From positions 7,041 through 71,040 of the forward strand of contig CDMY01000467.1 of the NCBI GenBank assembly GCA_001179505.1: 64,000 nucleotides of DNA, given 5' to 3'. Position numbers and translations under genes: made by a program. Source of the DNA: Vitrella brassicaformis CCMP3155. Its lineage: Eukaryota; Protista; Chromerida. The notes below the pieces were generated by a model that had not been told where the DNA came from, did no database searches, and worked only from the letters and a program-made list of their open reading frames with translations. This document shows, piece by piece, positions 11,445 to 21,801 of the stretch. Each line of letters opens with the position of its first letter. Positions within the stretch are counted from its first letter, which is position 1.

Positions 11445-14400
11445 CTTTAAAATGAAAAGAAGACTTCCAACCTTCTCTACGCACGCTTGTTTCTGGACTC
11501 ACTCGCGACCCAGTCCCCACAGGAATTAGCTGGCCCAAGATAACTCTCGCTTTTAAGTCAGTGCACCAGTCGGCACTAGATCGAACGGATGTTTGTGCCA
11601 GAACTCTGACTGTCTCTTGGAAACTTGAAGCTGACAAAAATCCAGTATTTAAAAGAATGCATTTGGAGATACCTAGAACTAATGGCTTGTAAAAACAATG
11701 CTGATAACCATGATTAATGGCCGCCGTGTTCATAATATGAGCTAATCCCAAGGGAAGAATATCCCCTACATTACAATGAAGCTGTCCGGGCGCCCAGACT
11801 CGAACACATGAAGCCATGCGCCTAGCAATTAACTCAAAGTGAACGGTAGGTAAACTAATGCCTTGGAATCTATACTGCTCAAATAAAGACCTTGAAACAA
11901 GTTGTTGAGCCACTAATAGAGCTAGTTTACTAGCAATGAAAACGCCGTGGAAGACAAAGTGATGATCGTAAATTCGACGGATAAAAGCATTGGTTGAAAC
12001 AACACCTGTGTGTGCCGGTTGACCTCCGTAGCACACGGTAAAGATTTTCGAGCGCCTCGCAGTCTGGTTGGATATATACAGAGTCCTCGGCTGCCAGCCT
12101 ACTGACAAGAACCGTGGCGCGGGAGCTGAAAGCAGGTACGTCTGGCCACAGGAACGCGTCTTTACGTGCTCCACGGATTGCAAGGCTTGGGACTGTCTAG
12201 ATAGCACGCTTTCGTCGTGCCCATGCCAGTAAGAGCCAATTAACCCGCTAGTGTCAGCCAAGCACATGTTGTCCCCAGGCTCTCGAATTTCTAAAATGCC
12301 TTCTATAGTCTGAATACCCAAAATAATGTCGCGGGCCGAGCCAAGGCTCTGTTTAGTCATATATTGAAACATCTGCAAAGTTTGGGCCCAAGGAAGCCAA
12401 TCAGGACAGGGAGGGTTGTTACCGTACAATAACTTGTTTTTTTGCAGCTCAATAAGAAAGTTCACATGTCCCCGCATTCGTGGAGCCCGACCTACTTTTC
12501 TAGGTTCCTTGTAAGATAGAGAACTCAAGGTGGTCACCGGCTCGCCTGGCCACCGAAACACACTCGAGGCTCTGTCTAGCAAGAACCCAGTGACTTTCCT
12601 GACTTCTCTGGTCACACCGGATAAGACGCAACTTGACTTGTAGTGATTACTAACTGCAGCGCTCAGGATTTTAAAAGATTTATAAGATTGACATTTTAAT
12701 TTTTTTAGTCGCCCGAGGAAGAGCAGCTGGGAAGGCAAGACGCTAACCACGCTTTGAGCATCCTTAAGAAAGAGACTAGAAGTACGCTCATTTAGCCTCA
12801 CAAAGTTTCTGTCATACGAGGTGAGACGCGTCAATACACGGCATCCCCAGGCTATCACGACCCTGTCAGTGTAAAAATGGGAAAAAGTGTGCAATAAGTT
12901 ACTTGCCAGCGCGTCCTCATGTTCTATAGCGCTGCTGCTAGCTTCTACTTTGGCGCGAGAGTTAGGAAGAAAAAAATAGTCAACATTTAATTTTGAACAG
13001 GCGTCGTCTTGAACAGAAGACATAGAAAACATGCAGCCCAACCACTGGTTAAATTGATGTCCCGCCAGCACGGGATTCCATAGTTGTGTGCGCACGCTGT
13101 TTAATTTAGAAGCTTTACTTAAATGGCTGGATTCGCAGATGGATAGATTTCCGGGATGACCAAAAACCATTCGTCCAGAGAAAGTGAAGACCGAAGACGC
13201 ATCTTTAGTTTTCCACGTCCAGCTCAAGTCATTTTGATCCGCACTTCTAATCGCCATTAAGTTGCGAAACGCTTCGAAAGAAAACATGCTGTTAAACCGA
13301 GGCCTTACGTTCAAAAAACTCAGAAACCATTTAATCCTATTCTGGCTTGTTGCAGAGCCTGAAAAAAGCAGACAACCAAGCCCGGGATCTGCATTAAGAT
13401 ATTGGTTACGGCGATGATCCGAATCTAATGCTGCCCATTCTCCTTTTACAGAGAGTAGGCCAGTAAAAAAATCTATAACAAACATCCTATAGCTTTTAAC
13501 GTTTGACACTTGAGGTATAGCGTTAAAGGCTGTCGCGGACCTGAGTCCTTTCTCGAAGCTTTCTAGAGAAACTAGTTTCTGAAAAGCCAAGGAGCTGGGC
13601 CGACCAAAGCCACTAACGTGAGACTTAAGACATAAACCGAACGAGCCGGGGAAACTGGAAACTAAACTGGTCTTAGTCTGTCCTAAACTAGGGTTAATTA
13701 AAAGAGGTTGCCAGCCTGTTTGTTTTCTGTGAGCTAGTGTAAAGTGCATTTCCGGAACCTTTAGCTCCCCCGCCGACGTTGAGAAGGCGCTTTCTATGTT
13801 AGCCCATTTTTTCCAGTCGCCGTGCCTTATAAAAGACCGAAGAGGCGGACTCGCGCAAACCCACGCAGATGTCTGAAGAGATGTGTGTTCAGTGAAATGG
13901 CTGCTTAGGCCGGGTTGATACAAGATAGACAACAAAGCTTTCTCTGTAGATAACATTAACTTAGAACTTAAGTCTTTCAGACCCACGTAGCTTGTGGCGG
14001 CTAATGAGTGACGAGTGGGTAGTCCGGATTGCCTTCCTATAGCCACCTGATCTAAAGTGTGCAGACAGTTTAAATGACTCAAGCGCGTTTTCTGCCGCAC
14101 TCCGCGCATTCCATTCGGGCCCACCTGCACAAAACACATCATGCGATGCAACGTATTCTCCGGACGAAAAAGATGAGAAGAAACACTTGCCTGAGTTTTA
14201 TGCTTTTGGGGCGTAAACAGGTCGTTGGAACTGCCGTAAGACTCGAATACTCCGCCCGTGTGAAATGTGCGTAACACGAGCTGCGTTCCAGGTTCCCCCA
14301 CAGCCTGACCCGCTAAGGTCCCGACCGACTCTCCCAACCTAATTTTTTGCCCGGAACTTCGGTCTAAACCGTAGCATCTTTGACAGACTAGTCCGTCACA

Positions 14401-15276
14401 CGAAAAAGGAGACAAAAACTTTAAACGATGAATCTTTTTCTGTATCAAGAACTGGAGCGCGTGGCTGTTGATAACTTCTCCCTTGGATACGACTACAGCT
14501 TGGGTTCCTGGTAAACACAAGTCTTCGCTAGTGTAGCGACCTTCTATAGACAGAGCATCATACACTTGCAATTGGCCTGTTACGGATACATTGATACCCA
14601 CAGGCTGTTCTATGGGCACGGGGCTAGTGCACTGGCGTTCTCTAATAGTTAATTTCTGTGTAGCCTCTACCATTTTTCGTGTCAAGTGTCCCGACTCGGC
14701 GGTTCTAAGAGCAGTGTCGATTATTCCTTTTCGAGCTCCATAACAAGACAAAAAATATTCATGAACCCTTAAACCATAACCTAATCCCTCAGTAATGGGC
14801 AAACTGCAAAGCTGCCCCTGTGAATTGGATACGAAACCTCGAAAGCCTACCAGTTGTCGAACCTGTGACCAATTTCCCCTTGCTCCAGTGCTGGCCAAAA
14901 GGTAAAGAGGATTGGGAACGGGGATTAGTGGAGAAAAACTTCTCATGAAAAAATTAAAGGAAGAGCAGGCACGATTTGTGGAAAGGCCCCCAGAGGAACT
15001 CCGCATTCCAGGCCCCGAGCTATATCCTTCCAAGCCGCCAGGCAACAGGTACCGAATATGTGACTGGCGTGTTTTCGTAAGCGGCAGAACGTAATTGAAG
15101 CCCTTAAAGTCTTCTAGATTTAAAGAGATGCCCAGTCGAGAGCCATAGTCGAACCCTAAGTTCATAAGTTCTTGCAAAAAATACGAAGCACTTTTAATCT
15201 TGGCGTGCCAAAAAAACTTTTTCACTGCCGCTGCACAGCGTGACTTATCCAAGGGCACATTGATTAGTACCTGCAT
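11386..15276 (-). CDS. rpoC2: RNA polymerase beta'' subunit (divergent)
   Basis: TGARGN, GARKGIIDTALRTAESGHLTRKMV, GEPGTQLVLRTFHTGG, ASSFQETVRVL, LKARVILGQLIPVGTG. Confidence 0.95.
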   Translation of the reverse strand: MQVLINVPLDKSRCAAAVKKFFWHAKIKSASYFLQELMNLGFDYGSRLGISLNLEDFKGFNYVLPLTKTRQSHIRYLLPGGLEGYSSGPGMRSSSGGLSTNRACSSFNFFMRSFSPLIPVPNPLYLLASTGARGNWSQVRQLVGFRGFVSNSQGQLCSLPITEGLGYGLRVHEYFLSCYGARKGIIDTALRTAESGHLTRKMVEATQKLTIRERQCTSPVPIEQPVGINVSVTGQLQVYDALSIEGRYTSEDLCLPGTQAVVVSKGEVINSHALQFLIQKKIHRLKFLSPFSCDGLVCQRCYGLDRSSGQKIRLGESVGTLAGQAVGEPGTQLVLRTFHTGGVFESYGSSNDLFTPQKHKTQASVSSHLFRPENTLHRMMCFVQVGPNGMRGVRQKTRLSHLNCLHTLDQVAIGRQSGLPTRHSLAATSYVGLKDLSSKLMLSTEKALLSILYQPGLSSHFTEHTSLQTSAWVCASPPLRSFIRHGDWKKWANIESAFSTSAGELKVPEMHFTLAHRKQTGWQPLLINPSLGQTKTSLVSSFPGSFGLCLKSHVSGFGRPSSLAFQKLVSLESFEKGLRSATAFNAIPQVSNVKSYRMFVIDFFTGLLSVKGEWAALDSDHRRNQYLNADPGLGCLLFSGSATSQNRIKWFLSFLNVRPRFNSMFSFEAFRNLMAIRSADQNDLSWTWKTKDASSVFTFSGRMVFGHPGNLSICESSHLSKASKLNSVRTQLWNPVLAGHQFNQWLGCMFSMSSVQDDACSKLNVDYFFLPNSRAKVEASSSAIEHEDALASNLLHTFSHFYTDRVVIAWGCRVLTRLTSYDRNFVRLNERTSSLFLKDAQSVVSVLPSQLLFLGRLKKLKCQSYKSFKILSAAVSNHYKSSCVLSGVTREVRKVTGFLLDRASSVFRWPGEPVTTLSSLSYKEPRKVGRAPRMRGHVNFLIELQKNKLLYGNNPPCPDWLPWAQTLQMFQYMTKQSLGSARDIILGIQTIEGILEIREPGDNMCLADTSGLIGSYWHGHDESVLSRQSQALQSVEHVKTRSCGQTYLLSAPAPRFLSVGWQPRTLYISNQTARRSKIFTVCYGGQPAHTGVVSTNAFIRRIYDHHFVFHGVFIASKLALLVAQQLVSRSLFEQYRFQGISLPTVHFELIARRMASCVRVWAPGQLHCNVGDILPLGLAHIMNTAAINHGYQHCFYKPLVLGISKCILLNTGFLSASSFQETVRVLAQTSVRSSADWCTDLKARVILGQLIPVGTGSRVSPETSVRREGWKSSFHFKDVFSQFRVFNKKQGVFGAQ

Positions 15277-15303
15277 GGTAACTCTTTTGAAAGAAAATCC
15301 TGG

Positions 15304-17127
15304 CTATATTTGCCTGAAAGGTCTATTTAATTCACTACCTTCCAATAGAGTTATCAGGCTTAACATTAATCTTCCTACTGTGGACACCACAAAGTGGAAG
15401 GAGGGGTTCTTTAGAGACAGGCTGTGTCTAAACCATACCATGGACTGTCTATTCAGAAGATTAGCGTCCAAGCTAGTCCAGAGGTCATCCACAGAGGCGA
15501 AATAATGATGGTTAGAGGCATGAACGTAAGGGGCATCACTTCGAAGCACATGAAGCCCCGTTATCATGTCTTGGGACGGGCTAAGCACTAACTTTCCGTT
15601 AGAAATGGAGAAGGATTGATGGTAGGTGTAGAGACGGGACTTAGCTTCTCGTCTGGCTTGCTTACTTAAAGGAAGAAAAATGCCCATCTGGTCGCCATCA
15701 AAATCAGCGTTAAACCCGCTACAGGCCAAGGGGAAAAATTTTATCACTTGTCCCTCGTCCACACGGGGAATAAACGCCTGAATATTCATTCTATGAAGAG
15801 TAGGAGCTCGATTAAGATAGATGTAAGAGGAGCTACAAAAATGCTGTAACCACTCACGAAAGTTTCGGGTATGCTGATATTTGCCTTGTGCACTGTCAAA
15901 CTGTGCTGCATCGGACCATCGACTTTCTCTGCTGAGCCTGCTCGATACGAAAGGGTGAAACATTTCAGCCACCACTTCAAAAGGCAGGCCACACGTACCG
16001 AAAGATAGATGAGGGGCCCCTACCACCACAGACCTCCCCGAAAAGTCTACTCTTTTGCCTAATAAATTTTGCCTAAACAAGCCACGTTTCCCTTGAAGGA
16101 TTGTGACTAAAGAAGTTCGTTTCGGCGCGGGGCTGACGTTGACTAAACGCGCCATTTCTTCTAAATTTCCAGGGGTAGGAACATGAAGCAAGTTATCAAT
16201 GCAGCACTGAGCATTGGCCGCTTGAACGGCGTACAAAATCTTAGCAGATTCAGGAAAAAGTGGTTTTACCACTTTTTCAGATTCAGAGTAATAAGTTCTA
16301 TAGTGAAGCAATCGATTATTGCGCATGAGGACAGTTCGATAGAGATCATTTAGTTCGGAAAAGGTCCATTGGTTTTTAATTCTTAGGAATGGGCGTAGTC
16401 GTGGTGGTAGCACTGGTAACGTCTGCAAGATCATCCAAGATAACTGGGCGGAACCTACTATGAAAAAGTGTAAATTTTTTACGCGACTTAAAGTAGTTTG
16501 GCGCTTGCTGGGCGTTTCTCTGGTGAGCAGGGCGTCTCGCAATTCTTTATAGTCATGAATCAGATGGGACTGCCCTTCTTTTAGCAAAAAATATAAATGC
16601 CGGCCTCCGAAAAGACTCAGCTCTAGCTCTGTGGACTTAGTTCTATGTGTATAGCTAGTAAAGTCCGTAAAAAATATAAGCCGCTTCAGCTGCTGGGCAG
16701 TGAGATTCAGAACGGATCTAATGTAGGTTAAGTATAGTATGTTGGTGGCAGGCTCTACCAGACAAATGGCCCCCATACGGTACCTTCTAACCCAAGGAGA
16801 AGTTACTTCAACTCCGCATACGGAACATAAGGTTGCCTGTCTCGACATCTCAGCGAATTCTTCGTAGATAAAAACTTTTTCACCGCTCAAGCTCACGTCC
16901 CGAGGGGGGCTGCACATGCAACTGTAGGCAGAGACTGGGCCAAAAATACGTTGACAAAAGAGGCCTCCTAACACTGGCTGGCCCGAATCATCTAGAAGTT
17001 TCGGATTGGTTACTTCTCGTAGCCAAAAAGTATAATCTTTAAAACCATAAGAAGCCCAGGCTTCTACAGTTTTTGGAGAAGCCAGTCCAATTTTTAAGTG
17101 AGAACGGGCCTCCATAAGACCTGCCAT
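15304..17127 (-). CDS. rpoC1: RNA polymerase beta' subunit
   Basis: GLFCQRIFGP, NLLGKRVDFSGRSV, LNRAPTLHR, catalytic FNADFDGDQM. Confidence 0.96.
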   Translation of the reverse strand: MAGLMEARSHLKIGLASPKTVEAWASYGFKDYTFWLREVTNPKLLDDSGQPVLGGLFCQRIFGPVSAYSCMCSPPRDVSLSGEKVFIYEEFAEMSRQATLCSVCGVEVTSPWVRRYRMGAICLVEPATNILYLTYIRSVLNLTAQQLKRLIFFTDFTSYTHRTKSTELELSLFGGRHLYFLLKEGQSHLIHDYKELRDALLTRETPSKRQTTLSRVKNLHFFIVGSAQLSWMILQTLPVLPPRLRPFLRIKNQWTFSELNDLYRTVLMRNNRLLHYRTYYSESEKVVKPLFPESAKILYAVQAANAQCCIDNLLHVPTPGNLEEMARLVNVSPAPKRTSLVTILQGKRGLFRQNLLGKRVDFSGRSVVVGAPHLSFGTCGLPFEVVAEMFHPFVSSRLSRESRWSDAAQFDSAQGKYQHTRNFREWLQHFCSSSYIYLNRAPTLHRMNIQAFIPRVDEGQVIKFFPLACSGFNADFDGDQMGIFLPLSKQARREAKSRLYTYHQSFSISNGKLVLSPSQDMITGLHVLRSDAPYVHASNHHYFASVDDLWTSLDANLLNRQSMVWFRHSLSLKNPSFHFVVSTVGRLMLSLITLLEGSELNRPFRQI

Positions 17128-17167
17128 CTAATTCTTTTCCTGTTGACCCAGCTGTAACCTGAACAAA

Positions 17168-20100
17168 CTAGGTAGAAGTTTCGATGCCCAGAGAATTTAA
17201 ATGTTTAACTAAAACGTGCCAGCACTCGGGAAACCCCATTTCGGAGGAACGAGGATTTAGTTGGTCGAAAAAGATGGTCTCGTAGGCAATGTCCCGATAC
17301 CCAGTGGCATCGGATTTCAACGTTAGCAAATCTCTCAATTCGTAGGCTGCCCCAAACGCCTCCATAGCCCAAGCTTCCATCTCTCCAAACCTTTGGCCAC
17401 CCAGTTTCCATTTTCCTCTAACCGGTTGCTGCGTGATCTCGGCATACACTCCTTGCGATCGAGCGGTAATTTTGTCCTGAACCATGTGAGTCAATTTAAA
17501 AATGTAGGATAGTCCCAGCACTGATCCTCCGAATACAGCCCTGCTTGTTCGGCCGTCTCGGAGCAGGACTTTCCCAGGCACAAAAGGATTAAAGAGGGTC
17601 TTATAGTTGCTATATTCCTGTACGCTGTTTAGCTTGTGATAAAGAACATTTCGTTTATGTCTGATCTCATAGTCGTTCTCCGCGGACACATTGACTTTAC
17701 ACCTAGAGTCTGAAAAAAATCCTGTGAGACCAAACAGAGTCTCCAGAATTTGTCCTACATTCATCCTAGACGGCACACCTAAAGGACTCACCAAAATATC
17801 TGGAATAAGACCATCTGCCGTATAAGGAAAATCAGCCTGAGGCCAAATTGCAGAGACTACCCCTTTATTTCCATGGCGCCCACAAAGCTTATCGCCAGCT
17901 TCAATATGCCTGAACTTACCTAAGACACATCGAAACACGGGAAGATCATCCAGACCTAACTGCGCGTCCTTCACTAATAACAAAGCAAAATAGAGCAACG
18001 ATCCGGAGAAAGACCGATCCCCTACAACAGAAGCATTAGAGAACATTAGTTTCGGGTCATAACCTAATAAAACAGTCAATAAGGCAGTTAGTGGCTTGCT
18101 TAGGAGAGACGGTGTTTCATACTGTGCAATAGAGCGATAGTTGAACCCGACTTTACCAATGATCGCCATTTCCCGTTCAACCAAAGATCCTAAAGGAGCT
18201 ATTCCCACTTGATTCAACAAACAAAGATCTTTAAAATCCACACCAGGTAAAAAACTAGTTATCTCTTCGTGCTCTTCAAGCATGACGTCTTTCTGCGCCA
18301 TGCTCACAGACGTCAGAGTACGCTCATATACTAATCGCTCATTGAGTAATATAGCGTCTTCATAGGTGTAGCCATACCAAGAGGCATAAGCCACAAACAG
18401 ATTTTGCCCCAAACAAAGCTCTCCTTCATGCACCCCTTGGTTCTGGGCCAGAAGTTGGCCAGGAAAAACTCTCTCGCCCTCCCAAACCACTGGATAGTAG
18501 TGGCGAATTTGCTTCTGGTTGCTGATAGTAAATGGAAACAAATACCGCAGCTCCCGATTGAAGCTGTCTCGCATGTAAATAGCATTCTGCGTCACACAAG
18601 TAACCACCCCTTCCGTTAAACTGTGTAAGCCATTTCCGTTTAAGCTAGAAAGAAGTGTGTCCATACCGGTACTAACCACACTTTTTTGAGCCGAAAGAAG
18701 TGATACGGCCTGGCGTTGCATGTTAGCTCCCATTAAACATCGTGTTGGATCATCGTGCCACAAGAACGGAATAAGATTTACTTGTGGAGCCAGAAAACTA
18801 GTTGAGTCAGGACAAAAAAGGCTCACCTTGGTGATCTCCCGAGTTTTGAATTCGTTTCGCTCTTGCACCACAGCTCGTGGTAAAACTGAAACTTCCGAAC
18901 GCCGCCATATTAGTGGATGAATAGAAACGGGAGTTTCTTCTAACTCTATCGTATTCACAAGAGCCACTCGGTCCGTATGACAAGAGCCGCGAGGAGCTAG
19001 CCTTACAATGGTTTTGAGCTCGCCTCCCTGACTTCCCCGCGCTAAGGACGCGTATTGGTTAACGGTGCCCGCGTTTTCGCCATCGATGGTATATAAAGAG
19101 CATAATTTCCCGAAGGAACTAGGAGCTACGTCTCTCAATAGGGCGGTTGGGCTAGACCCTCCGAGAGCTTTCGAGCTGAGCTTATGCAAGTGTACATACT
19201 CGGCCAAGACATTGGTTTGATCTAAATACTGTGATAAAGGGTTGACGGTAAGAATCTCATAAATTCCATCCATTACCTTTTGGTTCATGGTTTTAAAGGC
19301 TTTAGTTAAACTTTCAGGAAGTTCCTCGTCTGTGTCGCAGGTGGTTCGGGAACCTGATGGATCTGGTTCAGAGACTAGCAAGTCCCCCGTGCTGAAAACC
19401 TGGCTCAAGACAGACTGGATACACTCTAACAAAGCAAAGTTCCAAGTGGAAACGATTCGATGGCCCATGTGGTCCGTATTGATGGAGGAACGGCCCCCCA
19501 CTATGCTATCAAAAAAAACATCCAAAACATGTAGCAAGTCGTACTTGGAGCAGTAGAGTGCTGTACTATTTTTATCCGAGCTAAGTCGACTCTGGATTTG
19601 ATTGGTAGGCTGAGCGGGTAAGGTGGCTTTAAGCGGAATGGCTTGACCTCTGACGCCTTTCGACCTTGAGCGGCTAGCCCGTGTGGTTAAGGAGCCCCGA
19701 AAAGGGTAAACAAAGCTATTAGGGCTGAAAATACAATGAACAAAGTAGTGCGCATATTTAGAGTGATAGGCGATTTGGTTTACATGGATGCCTTGCAGCC
19801 TTAGAAACTCCGAAAGGCCAAGCTGGCATCGTTGCAATTTTTGAGTGCTTTTATTCAAACTGGTTAACGCAACTCCAGTCCAAACAGTTCCTAAAGTATC
19901 TAGCAAGTCATAAAAGAAAACCATCTCACCTAAGCCTGGAAATTTCAAGCGTAAACGATGATTGTTCTCTAGATCTGTTTTATAGTCAAACCCCATTCGC
20001 TTCATAGACTTTAAAATAAAGGCTCTAGGAATATGGCTGTAGACGATAGACCCTGTCGATAACGGAAGTGGGAAACTACCCACACAGTCAGTCAAAGTAC

Positions 20101-20377
20101 GAGAATGTTCAGTGAGTTCGTCGACAACCCTGACAGGTACAAAGACAGAAGCTAGCTGGCTTCGAGTAAGCCCCGCTGACTGACTGGGGTCCCATACGCT
20201 AGATGATTCCCAACAAACGCGTACATGGAAATTAGCTGGCATAAAACAAATATTCAATTCGCCGAATTGAAGCTGTGAGGGAAAAACATTAGCGAAACAT
20301 TCCGATAAAGAGTCTTTAAACCAAAGATTGGGAAGATTATCGGACGTCTCATTCACTCTAGCATGTTTATACCACAT
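17168..20377 (-). CDS. rpoB: RNA polymerase beta subunit
   Basis: DDPTRCLMGANMQRQAV, GDKLCGRHGNKG, GVPSRMNVGQ, GGQRFGEMEAWA. Confidence 0.96.
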   Translation of the reverse strand: MWYKHARVNETSDNLPNLWFKDSLSECFANVFPSQLQFGELNICFMPANFHVRVCWESSSVWDPSQSAGLTRSQLASVFVPVRVVDELTEHSRTLTDCVGSFPLPLSTGSIVYSHIPRAFILKSMKRMGFDYKTDLENNHRLRLKFPGLGEMVFFYDLLDTLGTVWTGVALTSLNKSTQKLQRCQLGLSEFLRLQGIHVNQIAYHSKYAHYFVHCIFSPNSFVYPFRGSLTTRASRSRSKGVRGQAIPLKATLPAQPTNQIQSRLSSDKNSTALYCSKYDLLHVLDVFFDSIVGGRSSINTDHMGHRIVSTWNFALLECIQSVLSQVFSTGDLLVSEPDPSGSRTTCDTDEELPESLTKAFKTMNQKVMDGIYEILTVNPLSQYLDQTNVLAEYVHLHKLSSKALGGSSPTALLRDVAPSSFGKLCSLYTIDGENAGTVNQYASLARGSQGGELKTIVRLAPRGSCHTDRVALVNTIELEETPVSIHPLIWRRSEVSVLPRAVVQERNEFKTREITKVSLFCPDSTSFLAPQVNLIPFLWHDDPTRCLMGANMQRQAVSLLSAQKSVVSTGMDTLLSSLNGNGLHSLTEGVVTCVTQNAIYMRDSFNRELRYLFPFTISNQKQIRHYYPVVWEGERVFPGQLLAQNQGVHEGELCLGQNLFVAYASWYGYTYEDAILLNERLVYERTLTSVSMAQKDVMLEEHEEITSFLPGVDFKDLCLLNQVGIAPLGSLVEREMAIIGKVGFNYRSIAQYETPSLLSKPLTALLTVLLGYDPKLMFSNASVVGDRSFSGSLLYFALLLVKDAQLGLDDLPVFRCVLGKFRHIEAGDKLCGRHGNKGVVSAIWPQADFPYTADGLIPDILVSPLGVPSRMNVGQILETLFGLTGFFSDSRCKVNVSAENDYEIRHKRNVLYHKLNSVQEYSNYKTLFNPFVPGKVLLRDGRTSRAVFGGSVLGLSYIFKLTHMVQDKITARSQGVYAEITQQPVRGKWKLGGQRFGEMEAWAMEAFGAAYELRDLLTLKSDATGYRDIAYETIFFDQLNPRSSEMGFPECWHVLVKHLNSLGIETST

Positions 20378-20416
20378 TAGCTTGATGGTCCCACAGAGCT
20401 GGAAAGCAAGGAAAAG

Positions 20417-20680
20417 CTATGACTCCTCTTTTTTAGGCGCCTGAAATTCCCACATTTTTAAGGCTGTGGAAAAAACTTTCTCATAGCTCTGGCGTCTGTA
20501 AACGTTTATCTTCTGTCGTCTAGCTTCACGAGTAAAAGTTCTGTTGTTCGTGTGTTGTCTTAACGAGGAGTGTGTTAATGACTGGGTCCAGTCTGCTCCC
20601 ATCCCGTGGGAATCGTTCAAGGATTGATAGTGACGTTTAATCATAGCCTTAATGTTTTTAGTATCCAATTTATTTTTCAT
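20417..20680 (-). CDS. ORF87, unknown basic protein
   Basis: ATG-initiated 87-aa ORF filling the gap between rpl20 and rpoB on the same strand. Confidence 0.55.
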   Translation of the reverse strand: MKNKLDTKNIKAMIKRHYQSLNDSHGMGADWTQSLTHSSLRQHTNNRTFTREARRQKINVYRRQSYEKVFSTALKMWEFQAPKKEES

Positions 20681-20777
20681 GGACCAGAAAGCGAGCTCAG
20701 AGAAAGGTATGTGGTAAATACACTACTAGTTAACTTTTCTAGCTTTGTATCTTTAAGCCCAGACAGCCCGTAGCCAG

Positions 20778-21122
20778 CTATCTCCGCGAGCCCAGGGTTT
20801 TATAAATGTAAGAGTTAGCATGAAAATTCAAAACCATGTCTAAGACTGTTTGGTCATTAAGAGCGATCCCTTGCCTTTTCTGCTGGCTTTTGAATCGAGA
20901 GTAATAAATTCCTTTGGTGCGCAAAAACAAATTTAGAAGCTTAGTACGAGATTTCTTGGTAACGCGCTTTTTAAGCTTCAAAGCTACGTAAGCAGCCTGG
21001 CCTGCGTGGAGCCACTGCTGCCGGATGTTCCGACGCAGCCTGGACCTGGCCAAAACGAATCCGCGAGCTGTAGCTAAACGTTTCTTGTGTTTTTCTAACC
21101 TTGGAGTAGGAGACTTAACCAT
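20778..21122 (-). CDS. rpl20: 50S ribosomal protein L20 (divergent)
   Basis: ARGF..ARSRL, AY...K.KKR, YSRF...K...I.LN pattern. Confidence 0.85.
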   Translation of the reverse strand: MVKSPTPRLEKHKKRLATARGFVLARSRLRRNIRQQWLHAGQAAYVALKLKKRVTKKSRTKLLNLFLRTKGIYYSRFKSQQKRQGIALNDQTVLDMVLNFHANSYIYKTLGSRR

Positions 21123-21235
21123 GGCTTAGAGTTAAATTAAAGCAGTCCAGCGTCTTTTAGGGTAAACCCTTCTGTTGTGGCGTCTATCCTTGAACAAGCG
21201 CAGCCTATATAAAACAACATTGATGTAATCATGGT

Positions 21236-21323
21236 AGGAGAGAGTGGGATTCGAACCCACGGAACCTGTTAAAGTTCTTCTGATTTCAAGTCAGACACGA
21301 TCGACCACCTCCGCCATCTCTCC
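21236..21323 (-). tRNA. trnS: tRNA-Ser (UGA)
   Basis: GGAGAGA acceptor, CTTGAAA loop, long variable arm. Confidence 0.94.
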
Positions 21324-21351
21324 ACAACGCCCGCCACCAAGGAGACAGACC

Positions 21352-21609
21352 TTAGTTTTTCACCAGCTGGCTTTTAAATTTCAGGTATTGAAGTACGGGA
21401 CGCAAGCTGTTTGAGCTAAACTGAGAGCCTAGTTTGAGATACTTAAGAGTTTGGTTCATGTGGACAGAAATAGTTGTGCCGTGCATGGGTTGATAATTAC
21501 CCAGAAAGGCCCTCCCGGCCGAAGATCGAGGATATCTAGACGCTATAGCAACTAAACGATAGGCTGGAGAATAGGTTCGGCCCAATCGTTGAAATCTGAG
21601 TTTGTGCAT
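21352..21609 (-). CDS. rps16: 30S ribosomal protein S16
   Basis: MHKLRFQRLGRTYSPAYRLVAI..R..R...FLGNYQP. Confidence 0.88.
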   Translation of the reverse strand: MHKLRFQRLGRTYSPAYRLVAIASRYPRSSAGRAFLGNYQPMHGTTISVHMNQTLKYLKLGSQFSSNSLRPVLQYLKFKSQLVKN

Positions 21610-21700
21610 GCTAGAAACAGACAGATTAATTGTACTCGAGATATAATTATACGACATCTTGAATGGGACAGACAAAAAAGCCTTCGAAAGTTAAATGACC

Positions 21701-21771
21701 AGCGGACAGCGGGAATCGAACCCGCACCATCAGCTTGGAAGGCTGAGGTTCTACCACTAAACTACGCCCGC
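21701..21771 (-). tRNA. trnG: tRNA-Gly (UCC)
   Basis: Cloverleaf; CTTCCAA loop. Confidence 0.94.
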
Positions 21772-21801
21772 GACTTCCTGTCACTTTACAGCCTAGAGGA
21801 T

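Noticed and set aside
21137-21232. 31-aa ORF MITSMLFYIGCACSRIDATTEGFTLKDAGLL, same length as PetL/PsaM
   Set aside because: Charged residues interrupt the would-be TM helix, and a convincing petL exists at 61598-61693. It remains possible as a degenerate small gene
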